Origin: Takakia lepidozioides
Lineage: Eukaryota > Plantae > Bryophyta
Length of the DNA stretch: 64,000 bases
Assembly: GCA_030704615.1 (NCBI GenBank)
Contig: CM060734.1
Location: 13,454,001-13,518,000, forward strand
Reading direction: 5' to 3'
In this document: one piece after another, positions 1 to 12,741 of the stretch
Layout: each line of letters opens with the position of its first letter
Position numbering within the stretch: the first letter of the stretch is position 1
Position numbers and translations under genes: made by a program
Notes under the pieces: generated by a model
The model's database searches: none
What the model saw: only the letters and a program-made list of their open reading frames with translations
What the model was told of the DNA's origin: nothing

Positions 1-1
1 C

Positions 2-184
2 ATAGAAGTCCAATATCAGTTAGTTCGAGAACAGATTTTGTTAGGGAACCTAGAGGTCAATTATGTCTCAACCACCGAACAGATAACGGACATTCTAACA
101 AAAGCCTTAGGAAGACTCAAGTTTGAGAAGTGCAGATTCGAAGTAGGCCTGAGGAGTTTGCAAGAAGTTAGAGGTCCACACTAG
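2..184 (+). mobile_element. Ty1/copia pol C-terminus (RNase H end), truncated by window start
   Basis: Frame 2 reads IEVQYQLVREQILLGNLEVNYVSTTEQITDILTKALG...*, matching the copia RNase H pattern (HI.V.YH.VRE...QxADIxTKAL). Confidence 0.85.
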
Positions 185-212
185 AATTCTATAATTGTGG
201 TTTGAGAGGGAG

Positions 213-502
213 TGTAGAAATAACAAACCACCTGATCTGTAACTATAAAGTCAGGGTTATCTATAACACACAAATAGAACTAGAGTCAGCAAGATTTGCT
301 ATAAAGTAGTTAGTCATCAATGAAAGAGACAACTGGGTAGATAGAAATTAAGCCCCGATAGAGTTATTAGCACACGGCATGCTGTAAACATAGGTAGGTG
401 AGGTTACTGATATATGACCTGTAAGTCTGTGTCTCATATTACTGTTCTTGTGGAGATCTATTATAGTAAAGCTTGAGCTTCATGTTGCTGATTTTTGTAA
501 CA
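213..502 (+). mobile_element. 3' LTR of the copia element
   Basis: Polypurine tract GAGAGGGAG directly before TGTAGAAAT at 213. Candidate end ...TTTTTGTAACA at 502 (TG...CA); the end is estimated. Confidence 0.6.
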
Positions 503-859
503 TCCATTGTCCCCTCTGCGTAGCGAACATTTGTAAGACAGAATGTTGTTCAAGTCCGAAGTAAAATATGGTCTTTGAGGACAACTTGGCAGGTGTAATA
601 TCCACTTGCGCTTAAATTAAATTGAATCATCTACTTAAGTTTCGAGCTGGTTTGTCGTGAAGGAACAATCCTCTTGGAGCTGGATATGCAAACATAATGT
701 GTAAAAACAACATTTTCGTGAACATGAGTCGTGCTAGTTGTAATGCGAATTGGGAGAGACCTAGAATACAGATTGCTCACAGGTCTGCCTCTCCTCCTGT
801 GAATTTTCCCTAGTTCAACGACACACAGGAAGTTGAAGAACTCAAAATGACAACAGGTT

Positions 860-1397
860 GAAAACTCGTTGAAAACTTACAAGATGAATTGAAGTGTACC
901 TGCAAGTTGAAGATCACTGTGAGACACCTGACAATGATATATCACATGCTGCTACAACGAATGCAGATCTCGTTAGTGTTGTGCACAAACTCTTAAACCC
1001 CAAGCCCCGGGAGCTGAGGCTAGGGATGTTGGAATTCGACAGAGAATAGAGATAAAAGATGAACTGATTACTGAGAACTCTCCACCCAACCATAGGACCA
1101 CAACAAGCTGTGTGTCCACCCTCCGAGCTCTCCCTATTTATACTCAAAGTCTAATCCAGAAATAGCTGAGATAACTATAGCATAACTCCATGCTTTTACT
1201 TAAGTTATCTCCACCTGCTATTCTGGTACAATGACTTGAGTCACTAATAACTGAAGCTAACTTTAGCTATCTTTTAGCTAACCGAGGCTTATATCTATTG
1301 TTAACTGTGACTTGTCGGCACTACTATTATGGAAGCCTGACTTGTCATCACAATAACTCTAGGTAGTAGTAACTTGGTCAGGAGTTGATTTCCAACA
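860..1397 (-). mobile_element. Probable solo or degenerate LTR
   Basis: Minus strand starts TGTTGGAAATC at 1397 and contains TATAAATAGGGA (~1131-1142). Other end uncertain, no TSD found. Confidence 0.35.
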
Positions 1398-4015
1398 AAG
1401 GAATCCATGAGAGTTTTGTCCAGCATTATGTACAGCATCGATTGATCTATCAAGCACTTCGAATGCGTTTAATTTTACTATTTGTCCAGCATCAGTTCAC
1501 CAGGACTCACCTAGAAAATTGTTTTGCCAGGGATGCCCATGTCGCCTAGCATTGTCAATTTCCTCCTTCTATGAACTCATAGGCTAAACCCCCGACAGAG
1601 ATTGTTCTGGTACCAGTACTCACGGTTGTGAACCAAGCTGGCCAGCTATTCTTTGGGGTGTCCAACTCGAGCTCCGGCCTCAATTATGGACAAATTCTTC
1701 CACTCTTCATCCGAGTCTGCCATAACTGTATATCTATCGATCCTTGGACAGTCTCCCAAGATAGGTCAAGAACTAGTTAAAACATAATTTCTGATGGAGT
1801 CTTCGGAGTTCTTCACTGTTGCTGTGTCATTGGGCCCGATGATTATTTGCAAAAATTATCACGGGAAACTGCGATAGAGCCTGGCAGACTACACACTCAA
1901 GGCGGCCTAGCAAACTGAAATTTATGTACATTGTTCACAACAGCTTCAGTGGGGGACGAGACCAAACCTTCACGGGTGGAAAAGTAGGTATTGTCCAAAC
2001 TGCATGGTCTCTCAGGCCTGATCGATCCTCTCCAAGAACTGCCCGCCCAGCCGACAAGATGAGGTTAAATTACATCAGCGATCACACATAAACTTCAACT
2101 GGATCCCTTCACCTCACTGGAGTTGAACTGTCAGAAAGGAGAAAGGAATGCGCGCCAAGGAAAATCACGAGATTCACAATATTTAATGCGGACAGGGAGC
2201 TGCTATATATTGCAACACGGGGGTCGGTTGAGCATCGGTCTGCAGGTCAGTACCTATGTGACTGAGGACGATCTGAGTTACTCTTGCACTGCAGGAGAAG
2301 CTGAACAGCCATCACAGGCCATCAACTCCACGGTCCCAACAGCAAACAAGAAGGGCAGTAGTGATCAGTGACCACATCATGCAATTCCCAGCTGCAGCTT
2401 GCTTACTCTATATATGACATCCCCGTGTATACTGCGATGGAAAGAAGGCCCGGCCTTGGACAATGAGATGGGTTCTGGAAGCTTGCAATCTGAAATGTGC
2501 AGAAGACAGTGGGGGCCAAACGCTCTGGTTTCTTTGAACGCCATAACTAACTAACTGCAAGTGCACAAACAGGCCCAAACGATTCCCTATCCGCGCACCA
2601 AGAAAGCTGAGCAGTTGGGCAGCATAGAAATTCTCCGGACAGCAGAGACAAAACTTTCCAAGGAAATCCGGGCTGCAGGAACGGGGAAAGTATAAGGAAA
2701 AACGAAATGTCTGCAGAGTGCACGAAGGAAATTTCATAACGAGCACACCGATAGTGGGCAGCCAAAACTCCACAAGAACTCAGAACGCCAAAAATCTGGC
2801 AGTTCCAAGAAAACTTATCAGAGAGTGACAAGAATGGTGTTTCTTGCTTTCTTTTCCTCCCCTCTTTAAAGATCGCCAAAGCTCTTTGTCTCCATCTTAC
2901 TTTACTCCCTTTCCCACAAGCACTGGTCGGCAATGGCTCAACTGTTCAGTACCTGCTCAACTGTTCAGTACCTGGCATTCTCAGGTTATCCAGATTGCGG
3001 GCTAGTGGTCAATGACAGTTGCCTCTTCTCTGCTGCTGCTGTGGCTATAGACATTTCATTGTTCGCTGGCTCAGCCTTGATCGGGATGTCCCAGAGTCTT
3101 GCAATAGCCCAGAGAAACAATTTGGGATCTGAAGGCTGGACCTCTAGACATAGACATACAGTAACATAGACACTGTTTCTGCAGGGTGTATGAAACAAAA
3201 AGAAAGACAACAGCACAGCTGTTCATGCTCAGCTGAGATCAAAGCGTGAAAGACTGGGGCCCATCCTATTCTGCTGCACACTCAGCCCATTGGACGCAAT
3301 GCTTTTGTTACCATGGCAGGCGCTGCACAGGACCACAGAAAAACAAGGGACAAGTTGGCGACACACACTTTCTTGTGATATACAATCATGCATACTTCTG
3401 CCATAACTCCAAAGACCACCATGGCAAGATAACAGACGGAGAAATAGTCCATCTCATCAGACACCCAAAAAATGAACTGTGTAGCAGCTTGATCCTCTAT
3501 AACTGATTACAGCTAGTTGGAAAGCAGAAAGCAGCACAAGGCCGAAAAGCAGGCTACCGAAAAGAAGCCTTATTCTCTGGTAATCAGACCCTCCTTTGAC
3601 CCAAAAAGTCCCCTTTCAAGGCGGGGCACAGTGCCTGTCAAAAACTGTGGCCCAGGTATCCTAGACAGTGTCAAATCTCCTCCCATGGAACATGTTGGGA
3701 CCACTGACAGCAGCCAGCAGCCCCAGGGAAAATTTAGATAATCCCAGTGAGAATTGGACATTGAGACTCTGTAAGATGCAATTCAGGGTAACATTAGCCA
3801 GCAATTGCTGACAGGACTATCCTACCCTGCTGGCAACCATGTCACAAGTGGACCAGGCCACTTAAACTACTGGATCATGCTTTAGCTTCCTTTCCAAAAT
3901 AATTGGCTATCCACCTCCAAGTCAATAGAGCTCTCCTTCGACATCCCCCTGGAATGTATATGTCTCTTCAGCAGGATAACAAACTCCATAGGCCTGGTAA
4001 TTAATCCAATAGGAC

Positions 4016-7000
4016 TCAGTCAATCTTCACGGATGCGTAAATGGTGCGTACAAACCAGTAGCACGCGTAGAAGCCTATTGTGCCCGTGAGGACAAAGAAC
4101 GAATATGAGATGATCACCATGTAGCCAAAGTAGAGGATCCCAGACACAACTTTTGTTATATCAAGTTTGGTGAAAAAGTAGAAAGCAGCGTATAGGAAAA
4201 GATAGAGAGCTGATGAACCCGCAGTGAGATATGCCCTCCACCACCAGTGGTAGTCCTCACTACACAACTGGAAGTAGCACAGCACAATAGTGATTTCCGC
4301 ACAAGTCACCATTAGAATCAAAAACACAATGAACAAGAAGCCAAAGATGTAGTAGAATTGGTGCAACCAGATTGACGTCAAGATAAAGAAGAGCTCGATG
4401 AACACAGCACCGAATGGTAGAATGCCTCCAATAAGGATCGAAAACACTGGACGCATGTACCATGCCTGCTCAGGGATTTGGCGAGGAATTTTGTTCGTCC
4501 GAACTGGATCCTCTATTGCCGGCTTCTTAAAGCCAAAGTAACTGCCAACGAAAACGAGTGGCACAGAGATGCCGAACCAGAGGAAGACAAGTGCAAACAT
4601 GGTACCAAACGGCACAGCCCCTGAGGATTTCTCACCCCAGATAAGGCCATTCAGGATGAAGAAAACAATGAAGATAACTCCTGGGAACATGAAGGCTGTC
4701 TTCAGTGTGTTCACTTTCCAATCGGTGCCCTTGAACATCTTGTACAGACGTGCAGAGGAATAGCCTGCAAGAAGACCCATAAAGACCCAGACCAGCAGCA
4801 TAGCAGTCATTAATCCACCCCGGTTGGCTGGAGACAGGAAACCAAGCACAGCGAAGATCATGGTAACAAGTGTCATTCCCAAAAATTGCACCCCGGTACC
4901 AACATAGACACACAACAGGCCAGCTTGCGCTGGTGGCCTGAATACATCCCCATGGACTAGTTTCCAGCCAGTCTCTTCCTGTGCTTCTTCCTGTGTCTCA
5001 AGCTGGTTGTACTTTGAAATATCCCGATGCAGCGTACGCATCATAATCATTGCCACCATACCAGACAGGAAGAGCACAATCATGAGTGAGTTTATGATAG
5101 AAAACCAGTGGATCTGGTCATCACTCATCAGGAGATAGGTATCCCAGCGTGAAGCCCACTTCACCTCACTTTGCTGCACAACAACAACACATACACATCC
5201 ACCCAATAAGGCAATTAGAGAGATGGACAGATGAATGAATTCACACATATGACAGGCATGCTGCTCCACCAGTTGCCCTTGGGTGGACTTGTCCAGTTTT
5301 TTCTCTAGAATGATAACTGGAACACATGAGCTCTACTTGGTCCTTTAACATATAGATGGTCATGGACAGGTTGATACAAGTCTGAACCTGTGGGCAGCTC
5401 AGGAGTGTCATCCAAAATGATGAAATAGCTATGCATGCCTTAAGGTCAGATGTCCCATCCTAATCGCACAGAAAGAGTGATAAGGCTTGTCCAAAGTGGC
5501 AATTCACTTATATAGGTCAAAGTGTACCTTAAAGGATACATCATAAGTGAAAACCAAACGCGCATTTTCCTCTACTTCCTGAGGAGGCTGTCCTGCTTTG
5601 ACCTTCGTATTGGCATTGCACGTTGTCAATTTAGTCTTTTCCTTGTCCCCTTCACTGTCCAACTCATGCTTCACACTACAACCCCACAGTCCTACTGTGG
5701 TTGAGGACAAAAATGATGCCAGCCAACAACGGCACCAGACAATACGTGACATGAGTGCAAATTGACTTAAAGTGGTTATGCCTTCTGTGAATCTTTGAGG
5801 GCGCTTACTGACCACCTCTTACATTACCAGGGGTACCTGTGCCTAATTCTATGGAACCTATTCTCACCCATGGACCCAAGTAAGGGATCTTAGACACCCT
5901 GCCCGTGTAGTGTAGATTGAGTTTACTGGGTACTACTGGGTTTGAATCCCGGAGCTCCTATGGTGCGATCATAGTGCCTCTAACCACTAGGATTTTGGTG
6001 TCTGGACATAGGTACCAAATGGTGACCTTGTTAGAACCTTCATGCTATATAAAGCAATAGGATTTTGTACAAAAGGGTTGCCTCATATGTGCACATTACT
6101 TTCAGAGGAGATAGGCATGTTTTCTCATTATTATGTGCCACTGGGAGTCAAGAACTGCCTGAGTGTAAAGTTTCGGGATACTTTCATAAGTTGGGTGAGG
6201 GCTGGATAGATCCAACCACACAACTGCTGACAGACCAGTGTGTCGCTACACCTTCAATATTGTCCTACAAGACACAGTCATGCCCTGATAATCAGCTGGT
6301 CACACACCTGGAAGGAGTCACCTCAAAGCCCACAATCCGAGAAGTTTCAGAGCCGACATCCTTGTGATATTGCACAAGGAAGCTAAGGTGGTTGGATATG
6401 AAGTATTTCTCCTCAGTGCCGACCTGCAGAAGGGGACAATAGCCTTGTCAAAGGTTACAAACTTACTACATTGGGTGCAGACGTGCAGACTCAATGACAT
6501 CTTTTCATTATCTGGATCAAACAGGTTTTGGTGACCCATAAAGAGAAGAATGCTTACCTGTGCCTTAAAACCAACAGGAAAACCACGTTCGTAACTATTT
6601 GAGGCACTGTTTTCGTGTTTCTGTCCAACCAAAGCCACTGGCAAGTTGTCTAATATCCTGCAAGTACAGAAAACCCTTGTTGCAGATTATACCTTACATA
6701 TCAGTAACCCCCTTTACCTGTGGAACAATGTAAAAGTCCACGAGTCTATCCACATGGGAACTGCTGGGCATTCATTACACATGTATCCTTCATCTCAGAC
6801 ACACTTCACTTTGCTTGTTCAACCAAAGCATGAAAAAAATCTGCCAGAAATTGCATAGATTGCAGCAGGACCTACATGTTCACACGGTAGTCATCATCAA
6901 TCTTCGCTTTGAAGGCCTTTGCCGACTTTGCTGAAAGCTTTTCATGCTGACAAACAACCTTGCATAATTTGTCCTTTCTCATTTCAAACTGTCATGAGCA

Positions 7001-8518
7001 TGCAGCAGCATCCCATTAGCACTAACACCACCACAAATCTGGGTAAACCTTAGTTCATTGGGATATCTTAGCACTGGCTCCTCTCATTGGTCAATGTTCA
7101 AAGATACAGTATATTGACTAATCACAGTACAGAGTTCACACAGTTGAGAAAAGAGGACCAACGGCATGGCTGCCAACATAAACATTATCACCCGACTTAC
7201 GGCAACCACCCCAGAGTATAGTATAGGCCAACTTTGCACTCCATCCAGCTGTCCTGGAGAGAGTACTCCACATTGACCGGCACATGGGTACCTTCAATCA
7301 TTTGCTGTGCAAGTCCAACTAAACTAAGTGTCCAAAATTCAGGAACCAAATACAACCTTCTGAGATTCTTTTTTCTGCCAGCTAATTATGGCACTGCTGA
7401 AACTGACCACATTTTCCAGAGGACCATCATTCAGCTGCGGTTGGTTTTACGGTATCAGCTCAGAACCTCATTGAGAAGAGAACCATGGAAACTTTACCAC
7501 GTAGGGCGAATTTTCGATGCGGTCGCCTCTGAGCACCTCTCCCAAATTTTCCGCACTGTTTTCAATCTTCTTAGGTTTACAATAAATGAGTGAGTAGTAC
7601 TCATATGGCAGTTGTGTCTTGGTGGATGTCAACTTGTTCACCTTCACAACTACAGTGTCTCCCTGTACCAACAAACCTTCAATTAGTTAGTATCCACAGG
7701 GACAACAGAATTAGCATAAGACCAAGATCCAAATGCACCTGGTATAGATGAGACAACAGGGATGGGACTGCGTGTCTCCTCTCTCTCTAGTAACTTCGAC
7801 ACAGAAGCTGGAGCCAGGTCTGTGCATGTTCTTGACAAGAAGTGCAGTATTATGCACAGCGCCACTGATCCAATGTTTCCATCATCGGCTAACTGAAAGG
7901 GGCGGCTAATCACCCCCATAACCCACCCTCACGGAATCCTGGTTAATGTAAGACGGCAAGAAGGAACCGATAAGACCTGTAGCAATAAGCTGAGAACATT
8001 GCATGGAGGATGCTGGCCACTCCTGGCAGACAGTTCCCAGAACATAAGTTCCCCTTACAGAGGGTGCAACGCTCAAAAGAAAAAATTCAAGCTTAAGTGT
8101 TTCTTCTTAAAATGGATGCAAGTCTTTGTTCCTTCAATGACAATGACTCTTGATGTAAGATCCGATGCTACACGGATGAAGGTGCTTGCATGTCACAATG
8201 TGCACAGCCTGCACGGGAAGATGCGATGGATTTGGAACTTGCAATCACGCCAGAGGAAGAAATCTCTTCCTTCACACCCAACAGCCATGGCGGAACCCGC
8301 CTTGACACATCACATCAAATTGGGATGATGCAGAGCTTCGAGCAGATCACAACTGAAATGCAGCACACATACTACAACATGCCAAACCCCTATATACAGC
8401 GAGATCTCACCTGAGCGAAGTCTTGAGGCGCAACTCCCGGTAGATAGAACCCCGTAACAACGGGTAGCAGGAGGGCCAAGCAAGCCAGCACCTTCATGGC
8501 GGCCATAGCCAGACCCAT
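4016..8518 (-). CDS. Transmembrane 9 superfamily protein (EMP70/TMN family), 7 exons: 8518-8411, 7662-7498, 6988-6876, 6657-6558, 6423-6308, 5675-5528, 5173-4016
   Basis: Signal peptide plus FYLPGVAP; [70 protein letters not shown]-terminal IYASVKID. All introns GT-AG and in phase. Probable 5'UTR intron ~8561-8688. Confidence 0.97.
5925..6000 (-). mobile_element. tRNA-derived SINE head or tRNA pseudogene in a TM9SF intron
   Basis: Minus strand has A-box-like CCTAGTGGTTAGAGG and B-box-like GGGATTCAAACCC about 27 nt apart. Confidence 0.4.
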
Positions 8519-9572
8519 CACGGCCGCTACAAATGATCCAGCCCGGAGACAGACACGAGGCTGAAAATAAACAGCAGGGAGAACCCACAAGAGAGATCAA
8601 GCGACAGTGTCAGGAGCTCATCACCATCGCCAAGATCTCAATCAGGGCTCCCCTTCCCACAAGACTCATCACACCGCAACCTGCTCACTTGGACGGATAT
8701 TCGCGACGACATTCGTCTCGGTGGATGCATGATTGGTGGAATTCATCCCCTCCCTTCGCAGGTTAGAGTGTCGTCTACGAGGACGTGGACACGACGCTGC
8801 TGCAGGTAGCCACGACGCTACGTCACCATGATCAGTCTGGTTTCGCAGCCCAACCATGGCGTCTTGCCTCTCTCATCTCTCTGTTGAGATGAGACTTCCT
8901 CTTCACAGGTGTTGATGCAACGCGTGGGCGTGATTTCCTCGTGGAGGAAGACCGGCTGGTCGGTCTGCGCATATCGTGCTGTCTGCGTCTCTTGATAGGT
9001 GAGTCTCACGATTCAGGTACGCAAGCTTCCACAGCAGAACGGGATCTAAAGCATCGATATCAGGTGCTTCGCTTGCCTGTAGGTAAACACCAGCGTCGAG
9101 GGGACGCGTTTCAAAGGTGGCCCGGGCCTGCTGTATGCGGCAAACTGTGAGGCAGCCTGAAGGGAGAACTGATGACCGCAGTAAGCAAGGCTCTTTGTAG
9201 GTATTTTGAGGAAGAGAACAATGAAGCATTGAGCTACGTACAAGCAGACCATGCCGCTCAGGGAAGGTCCAACTTGAAACTCAACCAGCGCAGCTTGTCA
9301 CTCTCCGACGCCTTTCATCATCACTCGTTTGTGCTACAAGGTCCTCCTCCCATGGACGGTGACATATCATGAACCCCAGAGTGTTGGGCTTGGTTTACAT
9401 TAATAAGTTCTGCACAGTAGTTTAAGGAGGGCGTCCTTGAAGAACTTCAAGGAGAAACACTGTATTATGTCACGATGAAAAATTCCTCACAATTAGAATT
9501 GTGAAAATACACCAGGGATGATGATAATACACAGCAATCTTTACAAGAGCGAGTGGCGAATGTTCGCGACAT

Positions 9573-10762
9573 TCACAGACCACCTGTGGCCTTCAGGCCA
9601 AGTACAACCCCTACACCAATAATGTGTCCAAGAGCACCAAAAGCAAGAGTATCAGTGGCCGTGAAGCCAGCAGGGTCTCCTGTCTGAAGGCCCGAGTCCC
9701 GGTCCACAAGCTTCAATCCTGCGAGAGCTTTCCTGTTTGCTGAGTGTGCGAGCCCAAACCTTCCCGCTAACATGAGCAATGTTGTGGATGCAACAATAAT
9801 CTGGCACAAACAAAGATATTAACAAACTGATGCAATTCACTGCTAATTTCTCCACCTTGAAAATTGACTTGACCTCAAGTTCAGATGACCAAGAAAAACG
9901 TCTACTATTGATGATGAAATTGCCACTAGAATTGCTGGCAGGGGAGAAGTTCTAAGCTTTTCCACACTATGCGCGGTACTCTTGGTCAATGACAAGTCTG
10001 CAGCAGCGGATTCTGGCTCTAGAAAAGACGAGTTGAAAGGGACTAGTATCTCGCTCACCACGTTGGTTGAGGATCCAATGTAGTCACAGCGAGCTCCCAA
10101 GGCACCCTTTCCCTTCACAGACTTTGGGAGCATGGCCTGCATTGCATTCATCGATACATGTGACAGCTATATGGTGAGTAGAAAAGCAGTATCATGAGTT
10201 GTGAGCATTCTTGCACCTTAAGTCAAATCTATGTTTTCACAAAATATTCCCAGGACACTGCGAATTCTATTTGGACACCAGACTTTGTCAATCGCAGTCC
10301 ATGCCAGTATACGACGAATACCTGGACTTCGAAACCTCGACGATATACAGTCAACCAAGCAAATCCGAATAATTGAAGGTCTACTATCTGCGACCCGTGT
10401 GACATACTCAGAGCAGAAACAGGTTAACAAGGAATCTTCCAAAGGTGTCATACAATCGGCGACACCAACCAGAAGATACGACAAGAAAGGGAAAGCGAAG
10501 GGGTCAGGGAGCGTCACAATGCAAGAATACAAACAGCTCAGCCGAACTATGAAGTACATTACGACCATCAGATTCGTAGTAGGAAAAAATCCAGCTATTG
10601 CTATCGTTGCGGGACCGGTATTCCTAATACATAGCACGGAAGTATCCTTACCACACTCTGGACCTTGCTGAAGCTGGCGCTAGCCTTGAGGCCTTGAAAT
10701 TCCCGCAGAGAGGCCGACGATACGGACGTTGAGAGCGCTGCTGAGGCCGCCATGATAGCCAT
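9573..10762 (-). CDS. psaK: Photosystem I subunit K, chloroplast precursor; exons 10762-10652, 10136-10059, 9800-9573
   Basis: Ser/Ala-rich transit peptide, [58 protein letters not shown]; GT-AG introns in phase. Confidence 0.96.
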
Positions 10763-12741
10763 TTCCGCTTTCGCTGACTTGTGTGCGTGATCGGGCTACG
10801 GCCAGCACCACAGCTTCCTTCCAAAGGCGCAAGACGATGGCCGAGTACAGCGGGCAGCTCTCAGAAACGTTTCCAGATTGGGCAGGATAATGTTGTGGAT
10901 ATCTGCCCGCCCAATCACAGCACTGATAGCCCTAATGTGATTCTGTGTGACGCGTATTGATGAAGTCACAGTGGACTCTCGACGAACGAACATCCCCGAA
11001 CGACGGAAGTGAGTTGGCAGCTGACGAACGGAGGAAATCCCCATATTCAGACGAACGAACTATGTCTCGTTGGTGGCTTCGTTGACAGACGCAATGAGTG
11101 GGAGAGTTAAAAGGCAGTTAATGTACACGATGAATGCATGCCAGGAAGGGTACCTTTAGTATTTAAACCCCTTTTTATTTGTTTATCAGGCCTTTAATTC
11201 GTCCGTTCCCGCTCTCTATTGACGACGATAGACGATACCTCGATTTTTCACGGAGGTATATATACTTCCAGCCACCTTCGTATATATATATAGAACAGGG
11301 GGATAGTAGCCCTGTAAATTTATTAAAAAGGAGGTAAGGAAAAAATAACCTTACAGAGAGCCATAAGGCTGATGACTGAGATACCACCTTGAGCTTGCAG
11401 ATCTAAAGAGAGGGGGGAGATAAAGTGGACAAAGCTAAGGCATGGCAGAGGAGCCAAGCATCAACTTCTGTGGGGAGCTCATCAGCAGGGCCTGAGCTGG
11501 AGCCATAAACTAACTACACCATATTGTAGCACTAGCAGCAGACAACTATGGCAAGAAAGAAAATGTAACCAATAACCCTAGCAGCAGGGAGGAGAGCAAG
11601 AAGCATAGATCAAGAAAGGGGTACCCTGGCCCCAGCCTGACTGACCAAAGAAAAGATCAAATCTTCCAAAAAGGAAGGTAGGGAACTTCTCGTAATCAAG
11701 AGGAACCCCACTTCCTTTTGGGATTCTCAAATGATAACTGCGCCTTAGATTTTGCCGTTCTAAGACTTCTTTTGTGCCTCCAATTCAGTTCTCCTTCTTC
11801 AGATTCGAGGGGGGACCGTTTGGCTCCTATGGAGCTCGTGGGGGAGGGGGAGGGTTCTTCTGCAGACGGATTTCAGAGTCAAGAGTTCAGTGGTTCGAAG
11901 ACCTCCCACCCTGCTGGCAGCTCTATATATACCATTACGGTGCCTATGTGGTAGATACTCGATATGTGATTTTATACGTACAGAATACGGTGGATGTGGA
12001 TGCATTCTGTCGACATTTTGAAAAGCTCTGCAGCGAGTTTGAATGGCAGTTTACTGTGCTGGTCGAGAAATTACTTAGTAAGTAATTTCTCAACGTTCGA
12101 CTTTCGCGACGAATCGGGCGACCTGAAGAGGCGAATCGGACGAACAGAGACAAACGACAACGGATGAACGACGACGGGCAGCAAGTGGTGAAAACCGGTA
12201 CGCCCCGTTAGGGTAGATACCAGTTACCGTATTTCAAACTTCTACTAGCCGTTGCGCTACGTTCTCTTCCTTTTCCCCCCCCCTTCTCTCTCGATGAAAC
12301 GATGCCCCGCATACTGAATGCTCGGTCCATGGTAGATAACCCAACTGGCTGTGCTCCCTGCTCCTTTGGAATCTGGCGCTAGAGGATTGTTTATTAGTGT
12401 GGAATCGACTGTTTGTGATTCTGTTCAGTGTGCGTGTGGGTAAATTTAGTCTATGCCATGCCGCTAGCTTAAAGAGATCTTTGGTGTCTGGGTGCCTTTG
12501 CTTCCTACTCCGTTGCACTGAGATTTCTGAAGTGTGATTTACTCCCTTGTCTCTCTCTCTCTCTCTACTCACACACAGACTTGCTGGCCCCGTAGCTGGA
12601 AACTCCCAAGCTCAGAATATGAAGTCCGTCTGTCTGTGTCTTCTCCGGTGAGCTGCGTACATGTATGCGTAAGACCCAATTCGTGTGCGCCCACATCTAG
12701 GTTCTGTGTCCTTGTGTGAATGCACACACAGGCAGGGCGAT

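Noticed and set aside
2936-2975. Short 16-20 bp tandem duplications (also ~22770, ~23005, ~59825)
   Set aside because: Ordinary slippage or repair duplications.
4016-5269. 417-aa ORF as a complete protein
   Set aside because: It is the last exon of the 7-exon TM9SF gene; its N-terminus in the track is intron sequence.
11170-12200. Possible LTR/PBS remnant between psaK and the HNH gene (TGGTATCTCAG on - at ~11375-11385)
   Set aside because: Imperfect PBS, with no defined LTR ends or coding remnant.
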